Shown here one piece after another: positions 1 through 12,099 of a stretch of DNA of 64,000 nt. Under the pieces are notes generated by a model that saw only the letters and a list, made by a program, of their open reading frames with translations, had not been told where the DNA came from and did no database searches. This DNA is from Catajapyx aquilonaris (Eukaryota). A program made the translations under genes and the position numbers. The stretch spans positions 1 through 64,000 of the forward strand of contig JYFJ02001304.1 of assembly GCA_000934665.2 (NCBI GenBank), in the 5' to 3' direction. Position 1 is the first letter of the stretch; each line of letters begins with the position of its first letter.

Positions 1-97
1 GTTCGTCTCTCAGGAAAACTGCTTATACCCTCGAAATCAGTATTTTTTGCCCGATTTTTAGAATCCAACTTGTATTTTGAGTGGAGTGTCCCTTTAA
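1..97. mobile_element. Probable right end of a TTAA-targeting (Kolobok/T2-like) DNA element
   Basis: ...GGAGTGTCCCT|TTAA at 83-97 (reverse strand TTAA-AGGGACAC), the TTAA+AGGR terminus of Kolobok/T2 MITEs. The other end is not in the window. Confidence 0.35.
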
Positions 98-1015
98 TAC
101 TAGGAAGAGTGGAAAAAACGGTTTCCAAGCGTCGCCACTTTTTGGCCAGTTGTTTAGTCAACGTGTTTGGCTGACGACCACTACGCGGCGCCACTAGGCG
201 GCACCGTCGAGTGCTGTCGAGAGGAATTTCAATAAACTGTGTTGATTTAATATCAAGAGGCACATAATTAAGAGTTATAAATCTAAAAACTGACCAATAT
301 GAGGTCGTATGCGGTTAAGGCACTAATTTTGGACCCGAAACCGATATTCGACGCAGCTGGCCACCCTGCACCTAACAATACAAATAATCACCTCGTTGCT
401 TAGAAATCACGTTCGAATTTCGAAATTGAACAAGTTCCTTTGCCGGCATAGTGCGGCGCAGACGTTCGGGTGCGGCGTGCTACTACTGCTGTTCGCGCAC
501 AGGGTCTCGGATCACATTCTTTTCGTTACCAAAGGGCCCTCCACGGTTCTCGAGTTCACGGGAAGAAGAACAAGCCCGTCCCGCCACGACAAGATGGACA
601 TAGCAGCGGGGGGTATATCTTCCTGTCATGTGACCATGTTCAGCATCATTATCAGTGTGTACCTTGGTGTGTATTGTATTTGTATAGAGCAGAGTGTGGG
701 ATTGTAGTGGAAATCAATAAACTTCTGGCAAATAATATTTGCTTTTCGTGATGGTTTTTTATTCACAGGTCTTCTGCAACGTGTTTTGTAGGCAATTTGA
801 CGGGAGTATACTAGTACTTATGACTTATTTCCAACCTCTGGGGCTTTTATTGCCATATTTCCGGCACTGCCTCGATCTACCGTATTGTACAATACAGTAT
901 CGAGTTTGGCTGTCGATCGCCAGGTGGCAGGTCAGTCGATTGGAGACACGGTTGCTATGCTACCAGCTGTTTTTCCACTCTTCCTAGTATTAAGCTCTTT
1001 GGTTTTGACAATTCC

Positions 1016-1569
1016 TCATTTTCTCAAACTGCACTGCCAGTAGTTTCCATGGTTATACCGGTTGCCATGGAAACAGCTTGCATGGCAACCCATTGTCATG
1101 CAAACCCAGTGACCAAAAGTCATGCGATAAGGGGTAACTTTCGTGGAGGAGTGTATGTTGTTTCGGTAAGACACCGAACAACGTGTAAGGAAGCAGATCA
1201 TCCCAGGAGTCTGGGTTGGTGGCGAAGAAGGTGGACCAAAGTGCCATTTAACCTTTCTACCGTCCCATTTCCTTGTGGGTGGTAGGCCATTGTTCGTGAC
1301 TTCTGGAACGAGAGTGCTTTGCTTATCTCATGAGAAACTGTGCTGTCGAATCGGGTGCCCTGATCAGAGAGTAGAATAGAGGGGATCCCAAATCGACATA
1401 CGAACTCCTTTACAAATGTCTGCGCGACAGTAACGGAGTCAATCCGTGGTAGCGGGTAGGCTTCCGCCCACTTACAATTAGTGAAACAGGTGACAATGAC
1501 AAGGACATACCTATTCCCTGCCTGGGCCATAGGCAGCGGACCGACTAAATCAATCCCAAGCATCTCCAT
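1016..1569 (-). pseudogene. Gypsy integrase (rve) core remnant
   Basis: ORF 1198-1569 has GIDLVGPLP...SDQGTRF...YHPQGNGTVERLN (DDE triad). It continues by frameshift into WDDLLPYTLF and SYRNNIHSSTKVTPY..FG. Confidence 0.9.
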
Positions 1570-2012
1570 CGGTCATCCGATTTCAATGGGTTGGAGTGGG
1601 CCCTTGAATCTGGTACGGGGAGACTTTGTTGACATACCAGGCATTCGCGGCACCACCTCTTAACATCAACACTGATGTTCGGCCAATCTCATGTCCATAG
1701 TGACCACCAGTTACTGAGTTGTGGTACATTTCGATTTACCGCTTTTACTAGGAGGAATGAGGACCTCATTGTCGAGCATTCCCTTCCTGCGATAGACTAA
1801 GTGTTTATCTACCACCAGGTATGGGAAGTCCTCTTCAAAATGGCAGTGGATTCAAGGGGGGTACCATGGTGTAGATACCTTTTTTATCTTTGGGATTTCG
1901 GGATCGTTAGCCCATTCTGAGGCCAGAGGGCTGCTCCCAATCGGGGCGCACGTATCTCTGGACGAAGGTAGAGGTTGACGTGACAATGCGTCTACGTGTG
2001 TAAGAATAAGTT

Positions 2013-2029
2013 TCCCGCATCTGGCACCA
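2013..2029 (-). promoter_or_regulatory. Primer-binding site, tRNA-Leu-like
   Basis: - strand TGGTGCCAGATGCGGGA immediately after the LTR end ...GGTCACA-AAAG; resembles the tRNA-Leu PBS TGGTGTCAGAAGTGGGA. Confidence 0.7.
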
Positions 2030-2033
2030 CTTT

Positions 2034-2390
2034 TGTGACCGAGTTAAGGCTCACAGAAACACAATGGGTTCTTGGCTCAAGACAGTTATTTATTCCTGAA
2101 GTAACTATTGCTATGCAGGGTTCTGTATGTGGCACCTAGGATAATAGGGTAAGGAGAGTAACGGCGAGGAGAGTAACGAGTAGGGAGTGACCAAGTTAGA
2201 GACTGGTCTCGAATGACAGGAGGCGGCTCAATTTATAGTCCCAGACCGTAAAGAATGATGGGAAAACCGGAAGGTCTGATGGGAACAAATGCGTGGAGAG
2301 AAGGGAGAAGAGGGGGCCTTGAGTCGGCAAGAGCACATGCTCGAATGCGGAATGGCATGTAGCCAAACAATCATGGCGAATGCCGTCACA
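2034..2390 (-). mobile_element. 5' LTR of the gypsy element
   Basis: TGTGAC...GTCACA inverted termini. On the - strand: TATAAAT (~2231-2237) and AATAAA (~2089-2094). Followed after 4 nt by the PBS. Confidence 0.75.
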
Positions 2391-2497
2391 CATATACGCT
2401 CATCTAGTACTACCCCTACCATACGCGTGGCCAAAATGCGGATGTTTCCGTATGTCGGAAACGGATGGACAGCGGCATCGAGGACTGTCACCACTGC

Positions 2498-2840
2498 GTC
2501 TATCGCCCGTGAGTGACCCCTCGAGCGAGTATCAACCAAATAGGAGACGACCGGACTTTGTCGCTCCTTTGTTAGTAATGACGCGAAAATATTGTGACTT
2601 ACACTTACACATCGTATCGGTGCCCTGCCAAGCAAGAACGCAGTAACTGACAAAAAGCAAATTGTCGGGAAATTAGGAATTTCTCTCGCGTGTTCCATTT
2701 TTACAACACTAAGGATACTACTTTTTGTACCTGCAATATCTCGGCACTGCCATATCGGAGGACGGCCTCAAATAAGATCAAATGAAGCAATGAAGTCTAT
2801 CGCCCGTGAGCGACCCCTCGAGCGAGTATCAAGCAAATAG
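2498..2840 (+). repeat. ~46-bp dispersed direct repeat
   Basis: GTCTATCGCCCGTGAG(T/C)GACCCCTCGAGCGAGTATCAA(C/G)CAAATAGG at ~2498 and ~2795. Confidence 0.8.
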
Positions 2841-3317
2841 GCCTGCTGTAGGCGACCCGATATTTTGATAAATCCAGTTCCGATAATTTATGCACTTGTC
2901 AACACGATTTCTGACGAATATGTCGGTGCTCAAGTGTACAGTCACACAGGGACGGTTCTTGAATTAATTACTCGGTAATGATACACCGCATTCTTAGTAC
3001 GTTCGTTGTTCTCCATTCGGCAGGAACTAACTGACAGTTTAATAAGCACCTTCATCACTAGATTGTGCCACTGTCACATTTCATGTTCGTATTGGAGGCA
3101 GACACGTCATAACTGCTGTGGTTAAGGTCACTTGCAAACGCATTTGAACGCAGTGGAGCGGTTGTCTCTGAAGCGAACTGCCACAATTCTGGTCACATTC
3201 GCGAGAATTTGTGCAGTGATTGTTTGTGTCAAGTTAGCGTGTGCAATTTAGACACCGTAAAACATTACTTCTCCAGAAAGTTCATTTCGTGATTAGTGAA
3301 CAAACACCCTGACAACA

Positions 3318-5303
3318 ATGGATCCGTCACGCTGGATTATAGCGCTCTTATTGATTCGTGCTCCTCTGCACCATGCTGTACCTTCAACTGAAAATCTCGT
3401 GGCCCATTTAACCAGTGAGGTCACGTCACAGCTGCTGCCGAAGTGCAGTCTGGTGATCGCCCACGACTATCCCCGCCTGCCAGACCACTTCTCGGGCATG
3501 ATGAAGAACATGAGTGACCACTACCGGTTCGCGCTGACCTTTCGACCTCCGGAGTGGTTCGTGGTTCCCTCGCACAGGAGTGTGAGGGACCTGTGGGACT
3601 GGTTCGAGAGGAGGAAGAAGGCCGGTGAGTGCGTGGTGCACTTGGTGACTAGTGACACTCTGGAGGGCTTCAGGAGGGTCGCTCTCTTCCACGCATTCAC
3701 CATCGCCGTAGAGTCCTTCAGGGACTACTTCGTCATCTGGGTCAGGGAATCGTCGTCCAAACACGAGGCCCTGCTGGAGGACGTGTCCAGAGGGTGGAAG
3801 TTCAAGGTCGAGGTCACAGGGAGTGTCACTCGTCCTGGTGGGGTGGATCTGCACACCTTGTGCTTCTACTGCGACAATGGTGATCCGGAGGTGAGGTTGT
3901 TGGGGAGATATCCTCAGATGTCAATGGGAGAGGAAGAATTGTTTCCCGACATGACACTGGATTTTAACAACGGTTACTTCGAAATACCTTTCTTCAGAGC
4001 CATTCGTCAAAAGGAAGTTGAAGAAAAAGTTCGAAAGTATGGCCTGTGGAGCCTAGACTATGCAGAAATTAATCTTTACGAAGTCATGCGCGCCTTTAAT
4101 ATGAAGTGGGATTGCTACTTGAAAGAAGTAATTCCGGAAGAAATGTACATGAGTCGGTTGGGCAATGGAACCTGGATTGGATACGCCGGAGAGCTGATGA
4201 AGGGAAGGGCGACATTTCTGATTGCAGTCTTCTATCAATCAGACGCCATGACACACGTGAACTTTGTGTTTCCTGTGGCACACTCAGGTTTTCACTTTGT
4301 CAGGGCACTTCCTGGACCAATCTGGTCCTGGAAGGCGGTGTTTTGGCCATTCCAAACCTCAGTCTGGTTGTGCATCGGTTTCGCATGCCTGATCGGGATA
4401 TTTGCTACCTGGTTTCTCCTGAAACCCATGCTGTTCCTAGTCAGCGACAACCATTCGGAATGGACAAGTTACTTGTCTCAGTATTTAATGATGTCTTTCT
4501 TGGAGAGAGCTCCGAACAGACCAATTCCTCCGCCCAACGGACTCAGAGTGTTTGTGGCCTTCTGGCTCTTCTTCGCTTTGGTCATCACCTGTGGGTACAA
4601 AGAAATGCTCTTCTCTTTCGTGACCGTGCCAGAGAGAGAAGTCCTTCCGGACACCTTCGAAGGTCTGCTGGACAATGACTACGAAATCGGAGCAGAGCAG
4701 ATTAACGGTTTGGCTTACTCAATCGTGGTTCGTGACCTTGACCTTCCGACGCACCAGGCCATAAAAAGCAGGCTTATTCTGCACCCTTCGTACGAGGATT
4801 GCGTCAGGAGATGTTTGGAAACTGAAGCGGCCTGCTTGGGACTGAAACTTCTGATGGATGTAGAACTAGTGAAGTTTGCCGACGAATCAGGTCACTTCCC
4901 ATACTTCGACAGGACAGAAGTTTCTCTCATTTCATACATCGGAGCTGCGTATCCAAAGGACCAGCCGTCATTCACCTCTGCTCACCATGTTTGCATGCAC
5001 TTCTTCGAGGGGGGTCTTTTCGGCCAATTTCTTAACATGATATCTCACAACATCTACCTTTGCTCTCTGCGCGACCATTCCAGTCCCACCCAGGCTGATG
5101 GCAATAATGTCCAGTATGGCGACGAAGAAGAGGCAAGACCATTGACCCTTAAGCAACTCACGGGTTCTTTCGGGCTGCTCGTCTCCGGATGGGTTGTCAG
5201 CATCGCCTTCTTGGCATATGAAATTATCAAAACGGCACGATTAGAAGCGTTTATTGTCGAAACAATAAATGTCTTGAGAGACTTTGTCGGACAACAAGCG
5301 TAA
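3318..5303 (+). CDS. Divergent ionotropic receptor (IR, iGluR-related chemoreceptor), intronless, 661 aa
   Basis: Signal peptide; S1 lobe (GNGTWIGYAGEL..GRA); pre-M1 FWPF..VWL; M2/M3 (LRVFVAFWLFFALVITCGYKEMLFS); PDTFEGL; C-terminal PLTLKQLTGSF plus TM. Confidence 0.9.
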   Translation: MDPSRWIIALLLIRAPLHHAVPSTENLVAHLTSEVTSQLLPKCSLVIAHDYPRLPDHFSGMMKNMSDHYRFALTFRPPEWFVVPSHRSVRDLWDWFERRKKAGECVVHLVTSDTLEGFRRVALFHAFTIAVESFRDYFVIWVRESSSKHEALLEDVSRGWKFKVEVTGSVTRPGGVDLHTLCFYCDNGDPEVRLLGRYPQMSMGEEELFPDMTLDFNNGYFEIPFFRAIRQKEVEEKVRKYGLWSLDYAEINLYEVMRAFNMKWDCYLKEVIPEEMYMSRLGNGTWIGYAGELMKGRATFLIAVFYQSDAMTHVNFVFPVAHSGFHFVRALPGPIWSWKAVFWPFQTSVWLCIGFACLIGIFATWFLLKPMLFLVSDNHSEWTSYLSQYLMMSFLERAPNRPIPPPNGLRVFVAFWLFFALVITCGYKEMLFSFVTVPEREVLPDTFEGLLDNDYEIGAEQINGLAYSIVVRDLDLPTHQAIKSRLILHPSYEDCVRRCLETEAACLGLKLLMDVELVKFADESGHFPYFDRTEVSLISYIGAAYPKDQPSFTSAHHVCMHFFEGGLFGQFLNMISHNIYLCSLRDHSSPTQADGNNVQYGDEEEARPLTLKQLTGSFGLLVSGWVVSIAFLAYEIIKTARLEAFIVETINVLRDFVGQQA

Positions 5304-5376
5304 TGACAAGGTCGCCTTAATCCTTGTATCATTCAGACCAGAACATGAGTTGTATAGTGTTGTTTTAATACTATAC

Positions 5377-5455
<79 letters not shown>
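5377..5455. repeat. (AAT)n microsatellite
   Basis: Direct reading. Confidence 0.95.
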
Positions 5456-5456
<1 letters not shown>

Positions 5457-6025
5457 GTTTTTGCAATATTCTGATAAACATGGTCATAAGTTCTGCATTA
5501 ATTCTTAAATAAATTAAGAAATTATTACATAGCAAAATCCGCTGCCTTTGGGTAACTACTATAGTGAGTTAATGACAACTATTCTGCTTTCTGCAGATCT
5601 TGCCCTCGCATAGCCATGTATACGTACAGTACTGTACAGTACATAATAGGCTACGGTACCTTCTCTATACAAAACATAGAGGAATCTTCGTTTTACCTCA
5701 TTCTCTAATCCAATCGCTGAATGACTGAGGGAACGTACGCTAGTAATGACGGAAGAATACTGTATTATGCGCGTACAATAATGCTTTCACCATTACGATG
5801 TGGGTGCCGGAACATCCACTGTACATCCTGTACAGTACGCGACCCGATATATTGATAGATCAAGTTCCAAATTATTCACATATCAAAGCGATTCTTGACG
5901 AATATGTCGGTGCTCAAGTGTACACTTAGACACAGGAACTGTTCTTGAATTAATTACTCGGTAATATACACCTCATTCTAAGTACGTTCGTTGTTTTCCA
6001 CTTGGGTGTGAGTATATGGTGTCCA

Positions 6026-6071
6026 GTCCATACCATAGACCTTAGAACGCTCCAAGGTCTACGGTCCATAC
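6026..6071. mobile_element. 30-bp palindrome between 8-bp direct repeats (P-type excision footprint or micro-MITE)
   Basis: GTCCATAC|CATAGACCTTAGAACGCTCCAAGGTCTACG|GTCCATAC. Confidence 0.65.
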
Positions 6072-6814
6072 CTGTGTTGAATGATCGGCGACTATTACGT
6101 CGAATCATTTGGTTACCCTGCCCTGCTCTCTGGTGTCTCAGGTGAGACAGTGACAGTGACAGAGACTCGACTGGTGAAAATCACGGAAGACATAGTGTCC
6201 TAACTGCGGTATAAGCTGTTTTTTTCAGCTTAGGATTGACATAACCTCCTTCTGTTATCCAAGCGAACTTCTATCGGACAGTGTTTGGGAAGGGGGTCCA
6301 AATACATCCGGAAAAATTGGTGATTCTAAAGAATACTCTGAATCACATTTAGCACTTGACCTTAAACATTTTAAGGTTAGACGAAACCCATGAAATTGTC
6401 CATTTACTTACCTCGCAGAGGGGATTATTTTCACAAGGACAAGGCGACTTAATAATAAATTTAACGTCTAGTTGCAGAACGCTGTGTCGAAAGTATAATT
6501 AGAGATCCAACAGATATCAGCACCGCGATTTCGCCACGGAGCTAGATCTAGAATTTATTGATGTTTGGGACACGTGTACATGCAAGTGCATTGCGCAAAC
6601 ATGCTGGCTTTAACACGCAGTCGGTAATAGTTTTGCGTCAGAGGCGGCTCAGACCAGAAGAGAATCAGTTGTAGTGAAGACATAGGGAAATGGCATAGGT
6701 ATGTGAACCATAATATGTACAGCACCTTTTGGAGTAATGATCCAAATGCAGACCTGGAAGATCTCAGAGTGATATCTTCATATGCCAATACAGCCATTAC
6801 GCGCTACTTTCGAA

Positions 6815-8856
6815 ATGAAGCTGGTGCTAGTGATTGTCGCGTCACTTTTCGTCATGTCCCGTGAGGCTATTGACCGAGAAATTTACGTAGCTGATTTGAC
6901 TGGTGACATCCTGTCAAAACTCCTCCCAAAGTGCAGTCTGGTGATCGCCCACGACTATCCCCGCCTGCCAGACCACTTCTCGGGCATGATGAAGAACATG
7001 AGTGACCACTACCGGTTCGCGCTGACCTTTCGACCTCCGGAGTGGTTCGTGGTTCCCTCGCACAAGAGTGTGAGGGACCTGTGGGACTGGTTCGAGAGGA
7101 GGAAGAAGGCCGGTGAGTGCGTGGTGCACTTGGTGACTAGTGACACTCTGGAGGTCTTCAGGAGGGTCGCTCTCTTCCACGCATTCACCATCGCCGTAGA
7201 GGCCTTCAGGGACTACTTCGTCATCTGGGTCAGGGAATCGTCGTCCAAACACGAGGCCCTGCTGGAGGACGTGTCCAGAGGGTGGAAGTTCAAGGTCGAG
7301 GTCACAGGGAGTGTCACTCGTCCTGGTGGGGTGGATCTGCACACATTGTGCTTCTACTGCGACAATGGTGATCCGGAGGTGAGGTTGTTGGGGATGTATC
7401 CTCAGATGCGAATAGCAGCAGAGATGTTTCCAGATATGACTTATGAACACAACGGCAGGCATTACGACATACCTTTCTACCGAGATATCAGCCAAAGAGA
7501 GGTGGAGGAAGAGATCAAAAAGTGGGGTTTTGGAACCTGGAAATTGACGAAATGTGCCTCTACTTCATTGGCAAATATCACAATTACACCTGGGATTGTT
7601 ACGCGAAGGATGTGTCACCGGAAGAGATATACCAAAGTCGAATGAGCAACGGAACCTGGATTGGATACAACGGGGAGCTCATGAAGGGACGGGCTGACTT
7701 TCTGATGATCGCCCTGTACCAAGATGACGCCATGACACACGTCAATTTCGCGTATCCCTTTGCCTATTCAGGATTCACCTTCGTCAGAGCCCACCCTGGT
7801 CCCGTGTGGTCCTGGCAGACCATATTCTGGCCGTACCAAGGCTCCGTGTGGCTGTGCATCTCGTTTGGATCCCTGATCGGAATAGTGGCTGCCTGGTTCC
7901 TCCTCAAACCCCGAAAGTACATCCCTGCCCGCGACGGTCCTTCTGATGGGGTCTTGTATGCATCGCAGTACCTTCTCCGGTCCTTCCTGGAGCAGCTGCC
8001 CAACAGACCTGTCCCATCTTCGAACGCGTTCAGAGTGTTTGTGTCCTTCTGGCTCTTCTTCGCCATAGTCATCACCTGCGGATACCAGGAGGTTGTCTTC
8101 TCCTTTGTGGCTGTACCACCCAGGGAGGTCCTGCCAGACACATTCGAAGGTTTGCTGTCCTACGGATACGAAATTGGGGCAGAACAAATTAATGGCCTGG
8201 TCTACTTAATAGTCGTCCGTGACCTCGACCTTCCGACGCACCAGAGCGTCAAGCATGAATTGATCCTGTATCCTTCAATGGAGCAGTGCCTGAAGAGGTG
8301 TTTGGAGTTCAAGGCAGCTTGCTTGGGCCTGACAAATCTAATGGAAATGGAACTGTGGAAATTTGCTGACGAATCAGGTCGTATCCCTTACCACGACAAG
8401 ACCGATGACACTCTCCCCACATACATTGGGCCTGCCTGCCGGAAAGACAATCCAGCAATCACCACATTTGCACATGATTTCATGAAAGCGCTGGAAGGAG
8501 GGTTGGCAATCCCTCTCTTGAGCGTGATATCACATCGCTATCATCTTGAGTCCCTCCGTCACCTTCGTAATGATCGTCGGGATGGAAACATTCAAGAAGA
8601 GCCATTTGGAAATGAAGAGGAAGGAAAGCCCCTGACCAAAGAGAAGTTATATGGCCCTTTCGGGCTGATTATCGCCGGTTGGCTCATCAGCATCGCCGGT
8701 TTCGGATACGAAATAATCATGTCAAAAATATTGGAGCAGATGCGACAGAAAACGTCACAGAGAGAACCCGAGACAGAAACTACAAGAATGCCGGAGGATT
8801 CAAACGAAGACACTGATGCCGTTGTTGATTTAGACACGGAAAGATCAGATCAGTGA
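6815..8856 (+). pseudogene. Second divergent IR paralog with a 1-nt frameshift at ~7528-7531 (pseudogene or sequence error)
   Basis: ORFs 6782-7645 and 7522-8856 together align end to end with IR 3318-5303. Adding one T to the TTTT run restores KWGFWNL (paralog KYGLWSL). Confidence 0.85.
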
Positions 8857-9913
8857 CCATTTCCTTTGTGTCCTAAGAGAGATGATCAGCTTCGACTGAC
8901 ACTTACTAGTCACGAATGTTTTTCTCTGAAGTACCGTAGTTTTATTCTCTAGTAGCATATATGCTCACTTTTGTGTTTCACATTTTAAAATATATTGTTC
9001 CATATAAGCCATTTTATTCTCATCGCAATCTCTCCTACAACTCACCCATATTTTCTTTATACTAACTTATTCAAACTTATTCTCGTATACTGGATAACGG
9101 ACCCTGAATTCAGAGGTATCATGTGAAAACAGCTGTGTAATCATTCACGAATAAAATTTTCGGTATTGCTATTGCTTGTGCGGAGTTTTACATAGATTTT
9201 GTTTCATGAACTGTGTGTGACATAAGGGGCTAAAAAGTATGACCTTCTATTCAAGATTGATTAGAAGAGTACATAATTATTGTAATTGCCTGGCAGGAAA
9301 TTGTATTGCAGCATGATGATCTTAGATCTAAATAAGGGAGAAATTGTTTTTGAAACTTTAGAATAATATATCTTCAAGTTATGTAACCTATTTATGTTTT
9401 GATTAAACCTTTAAAAGGAACTGAATAGAACAAATGTCTTTTATTACCTTGTACTGAGGGCAAAACTGCGGTAAGCTCCTTTGAATAGGCCTACATAACA
9501 TCAAGGTGCGATGACCAAACATTCCGTCGGTAAGTCATGATCAATTTGCTCCTTTATATCTTCTAGCAAGATTGAGCTGCGACTCTGATTGTTATGAATA
9601 TCAGATCTTCAGTTGTTGTTCATTATTACAAGCAGTGTTTACACCAGAAAGTGGCAACTAGTGCAACCCTGGTTTTATAACAATGAAACCTTGTTTACAT
9701 TAGTTTTCTTCACACATGAGGGGCCTGGACATGGTCGTTCTAGGTTTATATCTCTTGGGAAGTCACATCTCATGGTATATATACAGTGTTGCAGTTGCGC
9801 GATTCCAATATTTTATGTAGTAATTGGGTCTGATTGCTGGTTAAGTGCCGAACCCACTTTAATCGCATCATATATGTTTCAGAATCATCACTTCAGGTAG
9901 GTCGCACAGGAAG

Positions 9914-11661
9914 ATGCTTGGAACCCTCGTAGGTCAAGAGTTCGAGACCCAAAACCTGTGCAGCCTAGGAGGCGACCACTCTAATAATTCCGACACTTGC
10001 AAGTGCGATTTCTCCTGCGGTGAAGATTGTGATTGCGACGATAACTGCCCTTGCAACGGATGCGGTTGCACCTCCGAGTGCTATTCCACTCAACTTGGCA
10101 CATGTGATAATATAGGTATTTTAATTTGCATAGCTGACCTGATGCTGTGGTTGTGGTCTCTCGTGACCTACTGGGTGCAGAAAATAACCAGCCACGTCAG
10201 CTCAATGGCTAATAAGGCTCTGACATGTTGCTGGAAGACGCTCACACGCAGATGTCTTCCTGCAACAGACCGTTTCGTCAACTGGAACTTGAAGGCGCCA
10301 ACAATCAGCTACTGTGCGACCATCACCAACATGAATAGATTAATAACCAGCTTTTCCCCTTCAATACATGTTATTGCTAAGTGCAGACGGAAGATTAGCA
10401 GATGTTGCCCTTCGCTGGCGCCTGCTTCTAAGTCCAAAAAGGGCAGGTTCTTTCCATCCGTCGATTATTGGAAAGGCGCGATAGGAGTCTGCTTGATGGT
10501 GGTCCTCGGTTGCGTCGAAAGCTTGAGGCGATACATAATCAGCTTCTGGACTAATGTAAGCAGCATGTGGCATGGCGATGGTCTCGGGGAGTTGGAGCCC
10601 ATAGGCTTCAGAAAAACGTTGTTCTACGTGGAGCCGAAGCTGATGGAACTTGGCTGGGAGGATCAGGACGAGAAGTGGCTGTCACTCAACTCTGATGACG
10701 AAGACGAGGTGTCGACGACGACGACGACACAAGCCAGTTCCTGCAGCATGTCGTCGTCGAAGGGAATCTCGTCCAGCCAGGAACACGAAATCAAAGGTGA
10801 GCTTGTATTCCGCGCGCAAATTTTGTTTGAAAACATGCATATTTTTGCAGATGACGCCTCGACAGGCGACCGATCAGATTTTTACCACGCGGATGTCGAC
10901 GGGAGCGATTCAGGTGACCAATGGTAGCTCATTGTCGTATCTTTGCACTCATTGCACCACGTTTCATTGTTTTCTTGCTGATATAACAGCGGAGGAAGTG
11001 GATTGGGCCGAGAGCGACTTGGAAAGCGACGACGACGACGATGGGATTCGCGTCATGTGCCAGGCGGTGCATCGAATCTTAGACACAGCTTCCGACATCC
11101 CCATCGACGTTATGAAGAATAGTGGGGTCCACCAGGATATACTGAACCTCGTCCGGATGCCTCTGTCCTGTCTCACTGAAGTATGCCAACTGTATATAGA
11201 TTCCAACTATATAGCATGACCTCGTGCCCATTTTTGTGTTGCATATTGTGACCGACGGATCAGAGGGCGATTGTGACGGCGAGCGAGCACCACCTGGAGA
11301 TGGTGGAGCTGAATCGGATGCTGAGCAGGGCCAACTCTGTCCTCTGTGATGGTCCTGGGAGGGGAGGGCACTTTAGACTGGTCAGGAGACGACCAAACTG
11401 CAGCCACTTCGAAATGCCCACGTCACTGCTCTACATCAGCCCCACAGACCAGGATCAAGTTCAGACAGTCGTCTCTGACCAACATCTCATTGCTGCCCGA
11501 AACAGGTACATATATAGAGATTAATTGAAGAATCTCTTGCATTATTTCATGTGGCACAGTTTTTTTTTTTTTTGCATCACGTACAGTACATTTGATTTGA
11601 ACCACCCTTATTAGGTATACATCTAATTCGTGTTGTATTTTCCAGCAGGATGGAGCAATAA
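9914..11661 (+). CDS. Uncharacterised multi-exon protein with Cys-rich N-terminus and acidic central tracts
   Basis: Phase-compatible exons ~9914-10797, 10851-10913, 10990-11180, 11264-11505, 11646-11661. N-terminus CKCDFSCGEDCDCDDNCPCNGCGCTSEC. No family recognised. Confidence 0.55.
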
Positions 11662-12099
11662 TAACCTCTGACCCAATGTACAACACTACTCGTGGCCACC
11701 TCTGAATAATGTACCGGAAGTAAAATATACACACACTAATATACAACTCATGATGAAAATGCGAATTTTTACTCTCGTTACTGATTCTCAAGGAGTTTAT
11801 TTTTTGTTGGTTGTATACAGGTATATGCGTTATTAATCCAAACGCATTTCGACGCGCCTGGAACTTCTGGCCAGTCGATAGATCGATGTAGGTTCATAAA
11901 TATTATTTGAGCGAAAACAAGATAACTTATGTATTTTTCATGAAGTATAGGGGGGATGGACTAATTCTGACTTCATATTGGGAATTAGCGCGAAAAGTTC
12001 TTTTATAAACACCCTCTCCCTTCCACAGGGAAGAAAAGTTTGAATTTGTTGTGTACAGTGTAAATCAAATCAAGCGCCAAAAGTATGGAATGAAAATAT

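Larger units (their letters stand above)
700..2390 (-). mobile_element. Internally deleted, degenerate Ty3/gypsy LTR retrotransposon
   Basis: Contains an LTR (2034-2390), a PBS, the RNase H tail HVDALSRQP (~1972-1998) and a broken integrase. Left boundary is approximate; no second LTR found. Confidence 0.85.
2853..6000 (+). repeat. Duplicated upstream segments of the two IR genes (2853-3015 and 5840-6000)
   Basis: CGACCCGATAT...GACGAATATGTCGGTGCTCAAGTGTACA...GTTCTTGAATTAATTACTCGGTAAT...GTACGTTCGTTGTT occurs ahead of both genes. Confidence 0.85.

Noticed and set aside
396..987. Short + strand ORFs as genes
   Set aside because: No motifs or splice logic; they overlap retroelement debris.
7520..7540. 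Programmed ribosomal frameshift in IR gene 2
   Set aside because: No canonical X XXY YYZ heptamer in the right frame and no evident downstream structure; a 1-nt indel is simpler.
3426..8837. Antisense and alternate-frame ORFs across the IR genes
   Set aside because: By-products of GC-rich coding sequence; their duplication simply follows the conversion tract.
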